From contig CAWGHO010000002.1 in NCBI GenBank assembly GCA_963822445.1, positions 928,001 to 992,000 of the forward strand: 64,000 bases of DNA, read 5' to 3'. Below the pieces are notes generated by a model. That model had not been told where the DNA came from. It worked only from the letters and a program-made list of their open reading frames with translations, and did not search any database. This DNA comes from an uncultured Acidobacteriota bacterium (GTDB lineage: Bacteria; Acidobacteriota; Thermoanaerobaculia; Gp7-AA8). The position numbers and the translations under genes were made by a program. Position 1 is the first letter of the stretch; each line of letters opens with the position of its first letter. Of this stretch, positions 30,504 to 43,904 are shown one piece after another.

Positions 30504-31037
30504 ATGTCCACCCGTCTTTTTGCGATCGTGCGCTCGGCGTTCTTCGCGTCGCTGTTCATCGCGCTCTGGACCTGGTTCGTGCCGCGATGGATCGCCGGAC
30601 CGGACGCGACCCTCGTCCCGCGATGGAGCGCCCTGGCTGTCGCGTTCATGGTTCCGGGCGCGCTGATCATGCTCAAGTGCATCTGGGATTTCGCCTGGAG
30701 CGGTCGAGGGACGCCGGCGCCGTGGGATCCGCCGCGGCGGCTGGTCGTCGCCGGCCTGTACCGTTACGTGCGCAATCCGATGTACGTCGGCATGGGCCTG
30801 TTTCTCATCGGCGAGGCGTTCCTGCTGCCGGCGGTCACTCGCGGGTTGCTGATCACCGTGGCCGTCTTCGGAGCCGCGGCCACGGCGTTCATCCTCGCGT
30901 ACGAAGAGCCGGCGCTGCGGGAGAAGTTCGGCGGCGAATACGTCGAGTACTGCAGGCACGTCCGGCGCTGGCTGCCGCGGCTGACGCCGTTTGACAAGGC
31001 GCGGATGGCTGCCGTACCCTCGCCGGACCTGGAGTGA
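30504..31037 (+). CDS. Isoprenylcysteine carboxyl-methyltransferase / PEMT family membrane protein
   Basis: GRGTPAPWDPPRRLVVAGLYRYVRNPMYVG, EEPAL..FG.EY..YC..V.RW. Confidence 0.9.
   Translation: MSTRLFAIVRSAFFASLFIALWTWFVPRWIAGPDATLVPRWSALAVAFMVPGALIMLKCIWDFAWSGRGTPAPWDPPRRLVVAGLYRYVRNPMYVGMGLFLIGEAFLLPAVTRGLLITVAVFGAAATAFILAYEEPALREKFGGEYVEYCRHVRRWLPRLTPFDKARMAAVPSPDLE
30991..31020 (+). promoter_or_regulatory. Sigma70-type promoter for the riboswitch-metH transcript
   Basis: TTGACA-N18-TACCCT ending 6 nt before the aptamer. Confidence 0.55.
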
Positions 31038-31080
31038 TTTGGGGCCGCTTGCGACCAGGTTAAAAAACGCTAAACCGCCG
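31027..31080 (+). ncRNA. SAM-II-like riboswitch aptamer
   Basis: P1 ACCUGG/CCAGGU enclosing GUGAUUUG...GCUUGCG, followed by UAAAAAACGCUAAA; upstream of metH. Confidence 0.75.
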
Positions 31081-31107
31081 GTAGTCACGAAGACGTGAAC
31101 CCGACCC

Positions 31108-31143
31108 GAGGCCCCGCGCATTTGTGCGGGGCCTTTCGTTTTT
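31108..31143 (+). terminator. Intrinsic terminator in the metH leader
   Basis: AGGCCCCGCGC-attt-GTGCGGGGCCT followed by TTCGTTTTT. Confidence 0.8.
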
Positions 31144-31155
31144 CCGGAGAATCGA

Positions 31156-34794
<3,639 letters not shown>

Positions 34795-34796
34795 AA

Positions 34797-34826
34797 CAAA
34801 AAGGGCGGCCGAATCGGCCGCCCTTC
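34797..34826. terminator. Terminator hairpin between convergent genes
   Basis: A-run + AAGGGCGGCCG-AAT-CGGCCGCCCTT (U-tract on the minus strand). Confidence 0.75.
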
Positions 34827-34849
34827 GCGTCGTTGCGTTTTGTGTGGAG

Positions 34850-35773
34850 CTACTTGATGTAGCTCATCATCTCTTTCGCGACCGCGGCATCCTTGCCGTT
34901 CGGCTCGAGCTCGAGATACTTCTGCAGGTTCGTCTTCGCTTCCGGACCCTTGCCCGAGCGGACGTAGATCATGCCCAGCTCGTAGTACGCGATGGCCATC
35001 TTCGGGTCGGCGGCGATGGCCTGCTTGAGCAGCTTCTCGCCTTCGGTGTCGTTGCCCTTGTTGATGACGTTCGCCGCCTCATTGAAGAGTGCGCCGGCGT
35101 TCTTCGGCAGCTTCGCCTCGGCCGCGGCGGCCTTGGCCTTGTCGCCGGTGGCCGCGTACGAGCGAGCGAGAACGGCCCACATTTCAGAATCTTCGTCGTC
35201 GATCTCGACGACCTTGTTCGCCGCTTCGATCGCCTTCGGATAGTCCTTGAGCTTTTCGGACATCTTCGCCAGCGCGATCCAGCCCGCCGTCAGCTCCGGC
35301 TTGATGGTGACGGCCTCGGAGAACTTCGCCGCGGCGCCCTTCAGATCGCCCGAGTTCACCAGCACGACGCCGGCGTTGTACGCGTCGACCGCGGGGTCGG
35401 CGCGCTCGGTCATGACCATCTGCTGCCCCTCAGCCGAGCCCGTCTTGAGCTCGAAGTTCTTGAGGGTGGCGACGCCGATCGGGATCTTGATGACCTCTTC
35501 GTGCGGCGCGTAGCCGGGGGCGGAGACGACGAACTTGTACTTGATCGTCGCGTCCAGCGCGAAGAAGGCCCATTCGCCCTTCTTGTTGCCCTTCACCTCG
35601 GTGTTGAAGTTCAGCTTTTCCATCGCGCTGATCTTGATGACCGCGTCCAGGATCGGCTTCTTGGTGGTGGCATCGAGGATTTTGCCGTTCATCCGGCCTT
35701 CGCCGACGGCGAAGGCATTCGTCGCCACGAAAGCGAGCGCGACAATGAGAAACACGAGGGATTTACTACGCAT
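34850..35773 (-). CDS. Exported carboxypeptidase-regulatory-like domain + TPR protein
   Basis: Signal peptide; G.I.D..KPI...APGY beta-sandwich; TPRs ending LQKYLELEPNG. Confidence 0.8.
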   Translation of the reverse strand: MRSKSLVFLIVALAFVATNAFAVGEGRMNGKILDATTKKPILDAVIKISAMEKLNFNTEVKGNKKGEWAFFALDATIKYKFVVSAPGYAPHEEVIKIPIGVATLKNFELKTGSAEGQQMVMTERADPAVDAYNAGVVLVNSGDLKGAAAKFSEAVTIKPELTAGWIALAKMSEKLKDYPKAIEAANKVVEIDDEDSEMWAVLARSYAATGDKAKAAAAEAKLPKNAGALFNEAANVINKGNDTEGEKLLKQAIAADPKMAIAYYELGMIYVRSGKGPEAKTNLQKYLELEPNGKDAAVAKEMMSYIK

Positions 35774-35837
35774 CGATCTGGTCTCCTGTTGTTAGCGGGT
35801 CCGTACCATAAACGAACGGTCGCCCGTAGGGATTCCG

Positions 35838-37785
35838 TCAGTCGAAGGTCAAATAGGTCTGGTCTTTGAGGCCGCGCTCGAAGTCCTGAAGCAGCCTCAT
35901 CCCTTCGTTCGGCTTGACCCGGTCCTGTTTGATGGCGATGTCGATCTGCGCCTTCATCCGCTTCTCGAGATCGCGCCAGTCCCACTGCGTCATGGCCAGC
36001 ACTTCCCCGATCGGCTGGCCGGGGATCTCTTCTTCAATGTAGAAGCCCGCCTCTTCATCCGGATCGAGGAAAACATGGACCTCGTTCACGCGGCCGAAGA
36101 GGTTGTGGATGTCCCCCATGATGTCCTGGTACGCGCCGGTGAGGAAGATCCCCAGGAAGTACGGCTCGCTGGGACGGATCTCGTGCAACGGCAGCGTCTC
36201 GCGGACGTCATTGAGGTCGATGTACTTCGAGACCTTGCCGTCGGAGTCGCAGGTGATGTCGACCAGCGTCGATTCGAGCTGCGGCTTCTCGTGCAGCCGG
36301 TGAATGGGAACGATCGGGAAGAGCTGGCCGAGGGCCCAGTGGTCGAGAAGAGACTGGAAGACGGAGAAGTTGCAGATGTGCTGGTCGGCGAGCTCGATCT
36401 TCAGATTGCGCACGTCTTCCGGAACTTCTTCCGGATCCATCGTGCCGACCATGGCCTGCATCCGTTCGGCGAGCTGCCAGAACAGCGACTCCACGCGCGC
36501 CTTCACGTCGAGCTCGAGCTGGCCGACTTCGAAAAACGTCTGGGCCTGTTCCTTGATCTGCTGCAGGTCGTGCCACGACTCGTTGATCGTGCTCGGCGAG
36601 AGTTGCTGATCGATGTCGAGAAGCTCGCGGACGAACTTGTGGTCGCGCGCCTGGATGACGCGGCTCTCCAGCGGCGTCTTCTCGATCGCGCCGAATGCCT
36701 GCACGACGAGCACGGAATGATGGGCGACCGTTGCCCGTCCCGACTCCGAGACGATGTGCGGATGCGGCACCTTCTCGTCGTCGCAGATGTCCATGATGTT
36801 GTAGACGATGTCGGACGCGTACTCGTCGACGGAGTAGTTCATCGACGAGTGGAAGGTCGAGCGCGAGCCGTCGTAGTCGATGCCCAGACCGCCGCCGACG
36901 TCGATGTACTCGAGCTTGTGGCCGCTCTTGTACAGCTTCGCGTAATACATCGCCGCTTCGCGCACGGCGCGCTTGATGGTGCGGATGTCGGGGATCTGCG
37001 AGCCGATGTGGAAGTGCAGGAGCTTGAAGGCGGAGGCCATGTTCGCCTCCTTCATGATGTCGATCGCTTCGAGGATCTCGGCGGTCGACAGTCCGAACTT
37101 CGCGTGCTCGCCGCCTGACGTCGCCCAGCTTGCCTTCGCCTTTCGACAGCAGGCGCACGCGCAGGCCGACCCACGGCTCGACCCCCATCTCCGCGGCAAT
37201 CTTGGTGATCTGCTCGACCTCGGAGATCTTCTCCGCGACGATGATCACTTTCTTGCCGAGCTTGCGGCCGATCAGCGCGGTGCGGATGTAGTTCCGGTCC
37301 TTGTAGCCGTTGCAGATGATCAGCGACTCGGGATCCTGATGGACGGCGAGACCGGCGAAGATCTCCGGCTTCGAGCCCACTTCGATTCCGTGGTGGAAAG
37401 GCCGGCCCGCGTCGAGGATCTCCTCGACGACTTCGCGAAGCTGGTTGACCTTCAGCGGGAACACGCCGCGATATGAGCCGCGGTAGCTGTTGTCGGCAAT
37501 CGCTTTGGCGAAAGCGCCATTCAGCGTTTCGACACGGTGCCGAAGCAGATCCTGGAAGCGGATCAGGATCGGCGTGGCCATGTTCATCGTCTGCGCTTCG
37601 CGGACGACGTCGATGATCGGAACGGCGATGCCCTTCTGCTGCAGCGGGGCCACGGTCATGTCGCCTTCGGGATTCGCGTGGAAGTAGCCGGCGCCCCACC
37701 GATCGATCATGTAGAGCTCGACGGAGTCGTCGATGCTCCACTGTTTCTCGTGCGCCACGACGGGCGCGTCGATTTGAGTCGTCAC
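35838..37785 (-). CDS. speA: Biosynthetic arginine decarboxylase (apparent +1 frameshift at about 37128)
   Basis: GVFPLKVNQ, CNGYKD, SGGEHAKFGL, HFHIGSQI, DITCDSDG; removing one base restores GKWATSGG. Confidence 0.92.
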
Positions 37786-37806
37786 GGCCGGGAAGAATAG
37801 AACAAA

Positions 37807-38667
37807 TTACGAGCGATCAAACTCCGATTCGTCGATCGCCTCGATGTCGTCGTCCGACAAGACGAGCTCCGCCGAGCGCGCGCTGTCGATTGCATGCTCC
37901 ACTCGCCGCGCCGCCGGAATGGGAACGACCGTTTTCGCCTGCGCGCGAACCCAGGCCAGCACGATCGCGTGCACGGAGCGATCGTGCTTCTGCGCGAGCT
38001 CGATGAGCACGTCGAACTGCGGCAGTTTCTTCGCCAGCCGTCCGCCGCCGACCGGGCTGTAGGCGAGAAAGGTGATGTTGCGGTTCGCGCACTCGCGCGC
38101 GACGTCGATCGACTCCCGAAAGTACGGATTGAGCCGGTTCTGCACGGAGACGACGGGCAGAATGCGCTGCGCCTGATCGATCTGTTTGATCGACACATTG
38201 CTCAAGCCGAAGTGCTGAAACTTCCCCTCGCGCTGCAACTCCGCGAATGCCTCGACGCTCTTCTCGAACGAGACGCGCGGATCGGGCGCGTGAAACTGAT
38301 AGAGCCAGATGCGATCGGTGTTGAGCGCGCGCAAGCTTTTCTCGCAAGCCTCACGGATATGGGCCGGGCTGCCGTCGTTCGTCCACGCGCCCTTCGGCCG
38401 CCGCAGCCCCGCTTTCGTCGCAACGCGAACGTCGTCCTTCCGCTCCGCAACGACAGACGCGATGAGCCGTTCGTTGTGACCGATGTCGTTGTCGTCGAAG
38501 CAGTAGACGTCCGCGGTGTCGATGAAGGTCATCCCCGCATCGATCGCCGCGTTCAGAACGCGCCGGCCCTCATCCTCGGGCGGACGACCCTGAATCGACA
38601 GCGGCATCCCGCCGAAGCCGACGACGGGAATGGTCTCGCCGGTGTCACCGAGGGTCGTTGTCTGCAT
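37807..38667 (-). CDS. Aldo/keto reductase
   Basis: GFGGM, IDTADVY, VATKAG, GLSNV, SVQNRLN, AYSPVG. Confidence 0.93.
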   Translation of the reverse strand: MQTTTLGDTGETIPVVGFGGMPLSIQGRPPEDEGRRVLNAAIDAGMTFIDTADVYCFDDNDIGHNERLIASVVAERKDDVRVATKAGLRRPKGAWTNDGSPAHIREACEKSLRALNTDRIWLYQFHAPDPRVSFEKSVEAFAELQREGKFQHFGLSNVSIKQIDQAQRILPVVSVQNRLNPYFRESIDVARECANRNITFLAYSPVGGGRLAKKLPQFDVLIELAQKHDRSVHAIVLAWVRAQAKTVVPIPAARRVEHAIDSARSAELVLSDDDIEAIDESEFDRS

Positions 38668-39322
38668 GGGCAAATCTCCTCTGCATCGCGCGCCGCAGCT
38701 TGAACCGCAGCAGATACTGGCGATCGTCCGGATGCACGGGCATGGCCAGATCGAGCACGATGTAGAGAAGGATGCCTGCGCCTTTGATGAACGCCAGCGC
38801 GACGAAAGCCAGTCGGTAGATGTTCACCGAAATGCCGGTGGCTTCCGACAGGCCGAGACAAACGCCCGACAATGCGCGGCCCGGCTTCAGCCGCTTGCAG
38901 ATGCGATTGCCGCTGCGGTCGCGTAGCGCCGCGAGAAGCAGGTAGAAGCCAACCACGGGCAATGTGCTGAGAAGCGCGGCGACGCCGATGACGCCGATGA
39001 CGCTCCACAGCTCGATCCTCTCCTCCGCACCGATCATCCAGGCGATGCCGCCGACGATGACGAACGCGGTCAGCGCCGCCAGTCCCGCGCGACGGAACAT
39101 CTCCCGCACCTGGACGCCGCGCACCGCGCTGGCGATGCGGTTGTCATCGATCGGCGGATCCGGAACGTGTTCGTCGTGAATCGCGGCATCGAACTGGTTC
39201 GCCGATTCGAGCAGCTCCCGGCAACGCGCGCAGGTCTTGAGATGCTCGCGCTGCTCGTCGGGAATCGCACCGCCTGTCTGAACGACGTCCACCACCGCCG
39301 CCATCGCCTCTTTGCAGCTCAT
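38645..39322 (-). CDS. Zinc-binding anti-sigma factor fused to a PspC domain
   Basis: HLKTCARC (HxxxCxxC); TM helices; LSGVCLGLSE..RLAFV..GILLYIVL..AMP (PspC). Confidence 0.75.
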   Translation of the reverse strand: MSCKEAMAAVVDVVQTGGAIPDEQREHLKTCARCRELLESANQFDAAIHDEHVPDPPIDDNRIASAVRGVQVREMFRRAGLAALTAFVIVGGIAWMIGAEERIELWSVIGVIGVAALLSTLPVVGFYLLLAALRDRSGNRICKRLKPGRALSGVCLGLSEATGISVNIYRLAFVALAFIKGAGILLYIVLDLAMPVHPDDRQYLLRFKLRRAMQRRFAHADNDPR

Positions 39323-39864
39323 GCGAAATCCTCCTTCGCCGCCGCAGCGAGCTTCTTCAGCCCGTGATGCAGACGGCTTTTGACCGTGCCGATCGGGACG
39401 CCGAGGCGATCGGCGACTTCCTTCTCGGACAGCTCTTCGAAATAGCGCAGCAGAATGGCCTGCGAAAGACGCTCGGGCAGCCGCGCCACGAGCTCGCGAA
39501 CGCGCCGCGCGCGCTCTTCCTCCACCGCAAGCTCCTCGGGCGACCGCGCCGGGGAAGGCAGCGCGGCCAGATCCGCGTCGACATGCTCGACACGCCGCGA
39601 CCACCTGTCCTTCACCAGATTCCAGGCGATGGCGAAGAGCCAGTTGCTGAAACGCTGATCGGGATCGTAGCGATGCGCGCTCCGCACGACGCGGATCCAG
39701 GTCTCCTGAAACACGTCGTCGACGTCGGCCGGCGCGTTGAGCGCGCGCTGGAGCACGGCCGCGAGCGGACGGCGGTATCGATCGATCAGCGCGCGCGCCG
39801 CGTCCGCGTCGCCGTTGGCGAGGCAGCCCGCGAGAAAAGCGTCGGTGGCGCGGCTGAGATCCAT
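39319..39864 (-). CDS. ECF RNA polymerase sigma factor
   Basis: DDVFQETWIRV, FSNWLFAIAWN, GVPIGTVKSRLH. Confidence 0.93.
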   Translation of the reverse strand: MDLSRATDAFLAGCLANGDADAARALIDRYRRPLAAVLQRALNAPADVDDVFQETWIRVVRSAHRYDPDQRFSNWLFAIAWNLVKDRWSRRVEHVDADLAALPSPARSPEELAVEEERARRVRELVARLPERLSQAILLRYFEELSEKEVADRLGVPIGTVKSRLHHGLKKLAAAAKEDFA

Positions 39865-39899
39865 TTCAGGTCGCTATACCGCCGCCTCGGCGAAAAGGT

Positions 39900-41330
39900 T
39901 CACGCGAATTTCGGCGGGATCTTCGCGTGGTGATCCGTCGCCAGCTGGTACTGCACGGCCGCGCTCATCATCAGCGCCTCATTGGCCGGTGCGGCGTTGA
40001 GCTGGATCGATGTCGGGAGGCCGTTCTCGCCGAATCCGTTCGGCATGGCGATGCATGGTGCGCCGAGGAGGTTCATGCTCGGGATTACGGCCGGGCCGGC
40101 GCGGACGTCGCGATAAACCTCGCTGAAGTTCGGACCGATCGGATAGGCGACGGTCGAGCGCGTCGGCGACACGACCAGATCCACCTCTTCGAAAAGCTTC
40201 AGCAATGCCTGGCGAACCTTGGCGCGGACGCGCATGGCCCGCAGGTAATCGACGGCCAGCGTCGCCGCCGATTCGAATCCGCCGATCTGATCCTGCTTCG
40301 CACGCAACTGCTTGGCGCGACCGTCGCGCAGCAGTTCCTCGAATGCACTGGCCCCTTCCGCGTCGACGATCAGGGAGATGGTCGGACCGTAGGGCAGGTC
40401 GGGGTAATCGATCTCGATGACGGTGTGGCCCTGCGACTTCAACACGTCGACCGACTTCAGAAAGTTGTCGCGCACCGCGGGCTGGGTCTTGTCCCACGAG
40501 CCTTTCACGAGGCCGATCCTGGCCGGACGCTTGTTCGCGGGCCGCGACATCACCGCGCTGCTGACCCAGTTCGCGCGGCCGGAAGGGAACACGCGGAACG
40601 TCGTCGGATCGCGCTCGTCCTCGCCGACGATGACGCCGTAAACGGTGTTGCAGTCCGCGGCGGTGCGCGCCATCGGACCGAGCTTGTCGAGCGTCCAGCA
40701 GAGGGCCATCGCGCCGTAGCGGCTGACCGCGCCGTACGTCGGACGCAACCCGGTGACACCGGAGAATGCGGCCGGCGTGAGGATGGAGCCGGAGGTCTCG
40801 CTGCCGATCGCGAAGGGAACCAGTCCCGCCGCCACGGCGGCGGCCGGACCGCTCGACGAGCCGCCGGACCAGAACTCGGTGTTCCACGGCGTGCGTCCCG
40901 GGCCGGTGAACGAGGCGTCGGCGTTGTTGTAGCCGAAGCCGCCCGCCAGCTCGACCATCGAGAGCTTCGCCACCAGCACCGCGCCGGCGTTCGTCAGCCT
41001 CTCGACGACAGTGGCGTCGTAGTCGAAGACCTGCTTGCGATATGGCTCCGCGCCCCAGGTCGTGGGGATGCCTTTCGTCGCCAGGAGATCCTTGGCGCCG
41101 TAGGGGATGCCGAGAAGCGGACGGTTCTGGGTGTTGCCGGCGGCGATTTCCTTGTCCGCGGCCGCGGCTTCACGCAATGCGCGCATGCGCGTGATCGTGA
41201 CCACCGCGCCGAGCTGTTCGCCGAATCGCTCCAGACGATCGAGGTAGAACCGGGTCAACTCGGCCGACGACACTTCTTTCGCGCGCAGGGCGCGGCCGAG
41301 ATCGTCGATGGTGGAGTAGGCGTTGATCAC
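39900..41330 (-). CDS. Amidase-signature family protein
   Basis: GIPYGAKD, GGSSSGPAAAV, IGSETSGSI. Confidence 0.93.
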   Translation of the reverse strand: MINAYSTIDDLGRALRAKEVSSAELTRFYLDRLERFGEQLGAVVTITRMRALREAAAADKEIAAGNTQNRPLLGIPYGAKDLLATKGIPTTWGAEPYRKQVFDYDATVVERLTNAGAVLVAKLSMVELAGGFGYNNADASFTGPGRTPWNTEFWSGGSSSGPAAAVAAGLVPFAIGSETSGSILTPAAFSGVTGLRPTYGAVSRYGAMALCWTLDKLGPMARTAADCNTVYGVIVGEDERDPTTFRVFPSGRANWVSSAVMSRPANKRPARIGLVKGSWDKTQPAVRDNFLKSVDVLKSQGHTVIEIDYPDLPYGPTISLIVDAEGASAFEELLRDGRAKQLRAKQDQIGGFESAATLAVDYLRAMRVRAKVRQALLKLFEEVDLVVSPTRSTVAYPIGPNFSEVYRDVRAGPAVIPSMNLLGAPCIAMPNGFGENGLPTSIQLNAAPANEALMMSAAVQYQLATDHHAKIPPKFA

Positions 41331-41608
41331 CAGCGATCCGTCAGCGAGTGGAACGTGAAATCCGGCTCGTCGCCGTTCTTCAGCGGGAAGTTGCGGAAGC
41401 CTTCGACGAACGGCGCGTAATCCTGAAAGTCCTTGCCGATCTGGACCATCTCCTCTTCGCTGAGGAACTGGCCGTACTGCGCGCGAACGAGGCCGGTGAG
41501 CGCGACACCGAATGCGTTGGGCGGCTTCTCTTTTTCCTGAGCGCCGACGCCGGCCGCGGCAATCGCGACCGTCAGCGTTCTCGCGAATTGACGGCGGCTG
41601 GTTCCCAT
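41327..41608 (-). CDS. Small Tat-signal protein paired with the amidase
   Basis: SRRQF twin-arginine motif; C-terminal L.NGDEPDFTF. Confidence 0.65.
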   Translation of the reverse strand: MGTSRRQFARTLTVAIAAAGVGAQEKEKPPNAFGVALTGLVRAQYGQFLSEEEMVQIGKDFQDYAPFVEGFRNFPLKNGDEPDFTFHSLTDRW

Positions 41609-42294
41609 CAGGCCTTCACGTTCTTCGTCACGACGCGCCCGGGCGGCGTGTCATGGGTGAACATCTGCAGCGCCGCGCGCACGACGCGTTTGTGCGTGTC
41701 GCGATCGCCGGCACGGCCGACGATGCGGCCGATCTCCGAGCCTTCGAAGGTCATGGCGCGCGGCGGCCGAATCGATTCCGTCGCCGCGGGCGAGGCGCTG
41801 ATGATGATCGTCGGAATGCCCCGCGCTTCGATCTCGCGGGCCATCGTGCCGACCGACCGATGACACGTCTCCGGGCAGCCCGCGGTGAGCACGACCAGCC
41901 GCGTCTTCGAGCGCTCGATCTTGTCGGCGATCTCCGGAAAAACGGTCTCGTACATCTCTTTCAGCTTCGTGGTGAAACCGTAGCTGTAATGCGCGTCGTT
42001 CACGGCCTTGATGAACCCTTCGGCCGCGAGCTCGCGGAGGGTGTCGAGCGGAAAGACGATGTTCGGATCGGCGTCCGCTTCGCTGTGATCGTAATGATGG
42101 TGGGCGATGCGCATCGCCGAGGTCTGCGTCTCCCCCGGAATCATTCGATAGCTCGTATCGCCCGGATCCTCGGGCGGAAACGGCTCCTGATCGGAAAGGT
42201 AGACCCCCGTCGCCGAAACGATGGTGACGGTGGCCGTCGCGAGATCTTTGTCGAAGGGAGTGAAGGGAACGCACTTGCGTGCGATGTTGAGCAT
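41608..42294 (-). CDS. Glycine/sarcosine/betaine reductase selenoprotein-B-like protein (Cys form)
   Basis: GDTSYR.IP, HYDHSEADADPNIVFPLD.LREL, AGCPETCHRSVG..AREIEARGIPT. Confidence 0.8.
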   Translation of the reverse strand: MLNIARKCVPFTPFDKDLATATVTIVSATGVYLSDQEPFPPEDPGDTSYRMIPGETQTSAMRIAHHHYDHSEADADPNIVFPLDTLRELAAEGFIKAVNDAHYSYGFTTKLKEMYETVFPEIADKIERSKTRLVVLTAGCPETCHRSVGTMAREIEARGIPTIIISASPAATESIRPPRAMTFEGSEIGRIVGRAGDRDTHKRVVRAALQMFTHDTPPGRVVTKNVKA

Positions 42295-42302
42295 CTATAC
42301 CT

Positions 42303-42377
42303 CGGGGTTACGCGGTTTCGGGGTTACGAGGTCGCGGGGTGAAAGACCGAAACCCCGTAACCTCGCAACCCCGAAAC
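42303..42377. repeat. Inverted tandem-repeat element, unit GGTTACGR
   Basis: ggttacgc-ggtttcgg-ggttacga-ggtcgcgg ... ccgaaacc-ccgtaacc-tcgcaacc-ccgaaac. Confidence 0.9.
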
Positions 42378-42380
42378 GAA

Positions 42381-42403
42381 CGGCGGGCCCTCGAGGCCCG
42401 CCG
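42381..42403 (-). terminator. GC-rich hairpin after the peroxiredoxin gene
   Basis: CGGCGGGCC-ctcga-GGCCCGCCG; weak U-tract. Confidence 0.5.
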
Positions 42404-42410
42404 CTCACGA

Positions 42411-42920
42411 CTAGTCAAGCTCACGTAAGACATCCAGCAACTGCGCGTTATCCGGCGCTTCGCTGATGTCGTGCACGTCGACGTAGCGGACGATGCCCTG
42501 CTTGTCGACGATCACGATCGCCCGCTCGCAGATGCCTTTGTCCTCTTTGAAAACGCCGTATTTCTTCGAGACTTCGCCCTTCGGATGGAAGTCGGCCAGC
42601 AACGGGTACCGCTCGATTCCGCCGATGGATTTCGCGAAGGCTACGTGGGAGGGAACTGAATCGACCGAAATGCCCACGACCTGGGCATCATACCGTTCGA
42701 AGTCGGCCATTTCGGCCTCGTACGACGGCATCTGAACCGTTCAGACAGGGGTCCAGTCGAGGGGATAGAAAACGATGACCGCGTTCTTCTTGCCGCGGAG
42801 ATCGCTGAGCTTGAACTTCTCTCCGTTCCGATGTCCCGGAAGCTCGAAGTCGGGCGCCTGGTCTCCGACTTTGAGGGTCTGGGTCTTATCGGCAACGGAG
42901 GTTCTTCCAAATGAAACCAT
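42411..42920 (-). CDS. Selenocysteine-containing peroxiredoxin (AhpC/TSA family)
   Basis: Two in-frame ORFs joined by TGA at 42741-42743: [17 protein letters not shown], which places UGA at the peroxidatic Cys position. Confidence 0.85.
42690..42731 (-). promoter_or_regulatory. Putative bacterial SECIS hairpin
   Basis: AUGCCG...GGCC-GAAAU-GGCC...CGGUAU; apical loop starts with G, 27 nt after UGA. Confidence 0.65.
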
Positions 42921-43013
42921 ATGGGAAGATCTCCTTTCGCCGGTGATTGTAGTAGGCAAGGTCCGCGCCGCAACCGAAACATTTTCAGCGCTTTCCCGGT
43001 TCTGATCCGGCTC

Positions 43014-43895
43014 ATGGAGAAGAGCGACTACATCATTCAGGGCATGGCCGCCGGCGGCGATTTCCGCGTCATCGCTGCGCAGACGACCACGGCCGTCGAG
43101 ACCGCCCGGGAGATCCTCGATCTGGCGCCGGTCGCGGCCGATGCGCTGGGCCGGGTGATGACCGGCTCGCTTCTCCTGGCGCGCCTCCTCGACAAGGACG
43201 TGCGCAATCAGTACGTCACCCTCCGTTTCGAAGGAAACGGCCCCCTCGGCACGATCATCGCCGACGGAACGGTCGCCGGCGCGGTCCGCGGGTACGTTTC
43301 GAACCCCGTCCCCGAGGATCCGATTCTCGACGTCGAAGCCGCGATCGGGAACGGCATGCTGACTGTCATCCGCGGCACGCCGCCCGAGGGGAAACCGTAC
43401 ACGTCGCAGCTCCTGCTGGCGGGGACCGGTGTCGCCAACGACCTCACCCGCTATCTGATGCGCTCCGAGCAGATCGCATCAGCGGTCCTCCTCGGCGTGC
43501 TGAATAAGCGCGACGGCGTCGCGGCCGCGGGCGGAATCATCGTCCAGGCCTTTCCGCACGCGAGCGAGGAGTCGATCACGAAGCTCGAGCAGAAGATCAA
43601 GGAAGCGCCGCGGCTCAGCACGCTGCTCGACAAGATGCCGATCGAAGACGTGGTCGCCACGGTGCTGCAGGGCGTCGACTACAAGCAGATCGACGCCGGC
43701 CGCACCGTACCCGTGAGCTACACCTGTCATTGCAACCGCGAGCGCGCACTGGCGCCGCTGGCGCTCCTGGGGCAGGAAGAGATCCGGGAGATGATCGAGG
43801 AAGGCGGCACCGAGGTCGTGTGTCAGTTCTGCGGACGGAAGTATCAGTTCACCGCGGAAGACCTGTTCGCGCTCACGGCGACTCACGATGCATAA
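43014..43895 (+). CDS. hslO: Hsp33 redox-regulated chaperone
   Basis: [17 protein letters not shown] and CQFC zinc motif. Confidence 0.95.
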   Translation: MEKSDYIIQGMAAGGDFRVIAAQTTTAVETAREILDLAPVAADALGRVMTGSLLLARLLDKDVRNQYVTLRFEGNGPLGTIIADGTVAGAVRGYVSNPVPEDPILDVEAAIGNGMLTVIRGTPPEGKPYTSQLLLAGTGVANDLTRYLMRSEQIASAVLLGVLNKRDGVAAAGGIIVQAFPHASEESITKLEQKIKEAPRLSTLLDKMPIEDVVATVLQGVDYKQIDAGRTVPVSYTCHCNRERALAPLALLGQEEIREMIEEGGTEVVCQFCGRKYQFTAEDLFALTATHDA

Positions 43896-43904
43896 TCCCG
43901 GGCC

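Noticed and set aside
37120-37140. Programmed, polyamine-responsive frameshift in speA
   Set aside because: No slippery sequence or stimulatory structure seen; same +1 pattern as four unrelated genes, so a sequencing error is more likely.
42741-42743. Peroxiredoxin pseudogene
   Set aside because: The stop falls exactly on the catalytic Cys position with a SECIS-like hairpin downstream, so selenocysteine is the better explanation.
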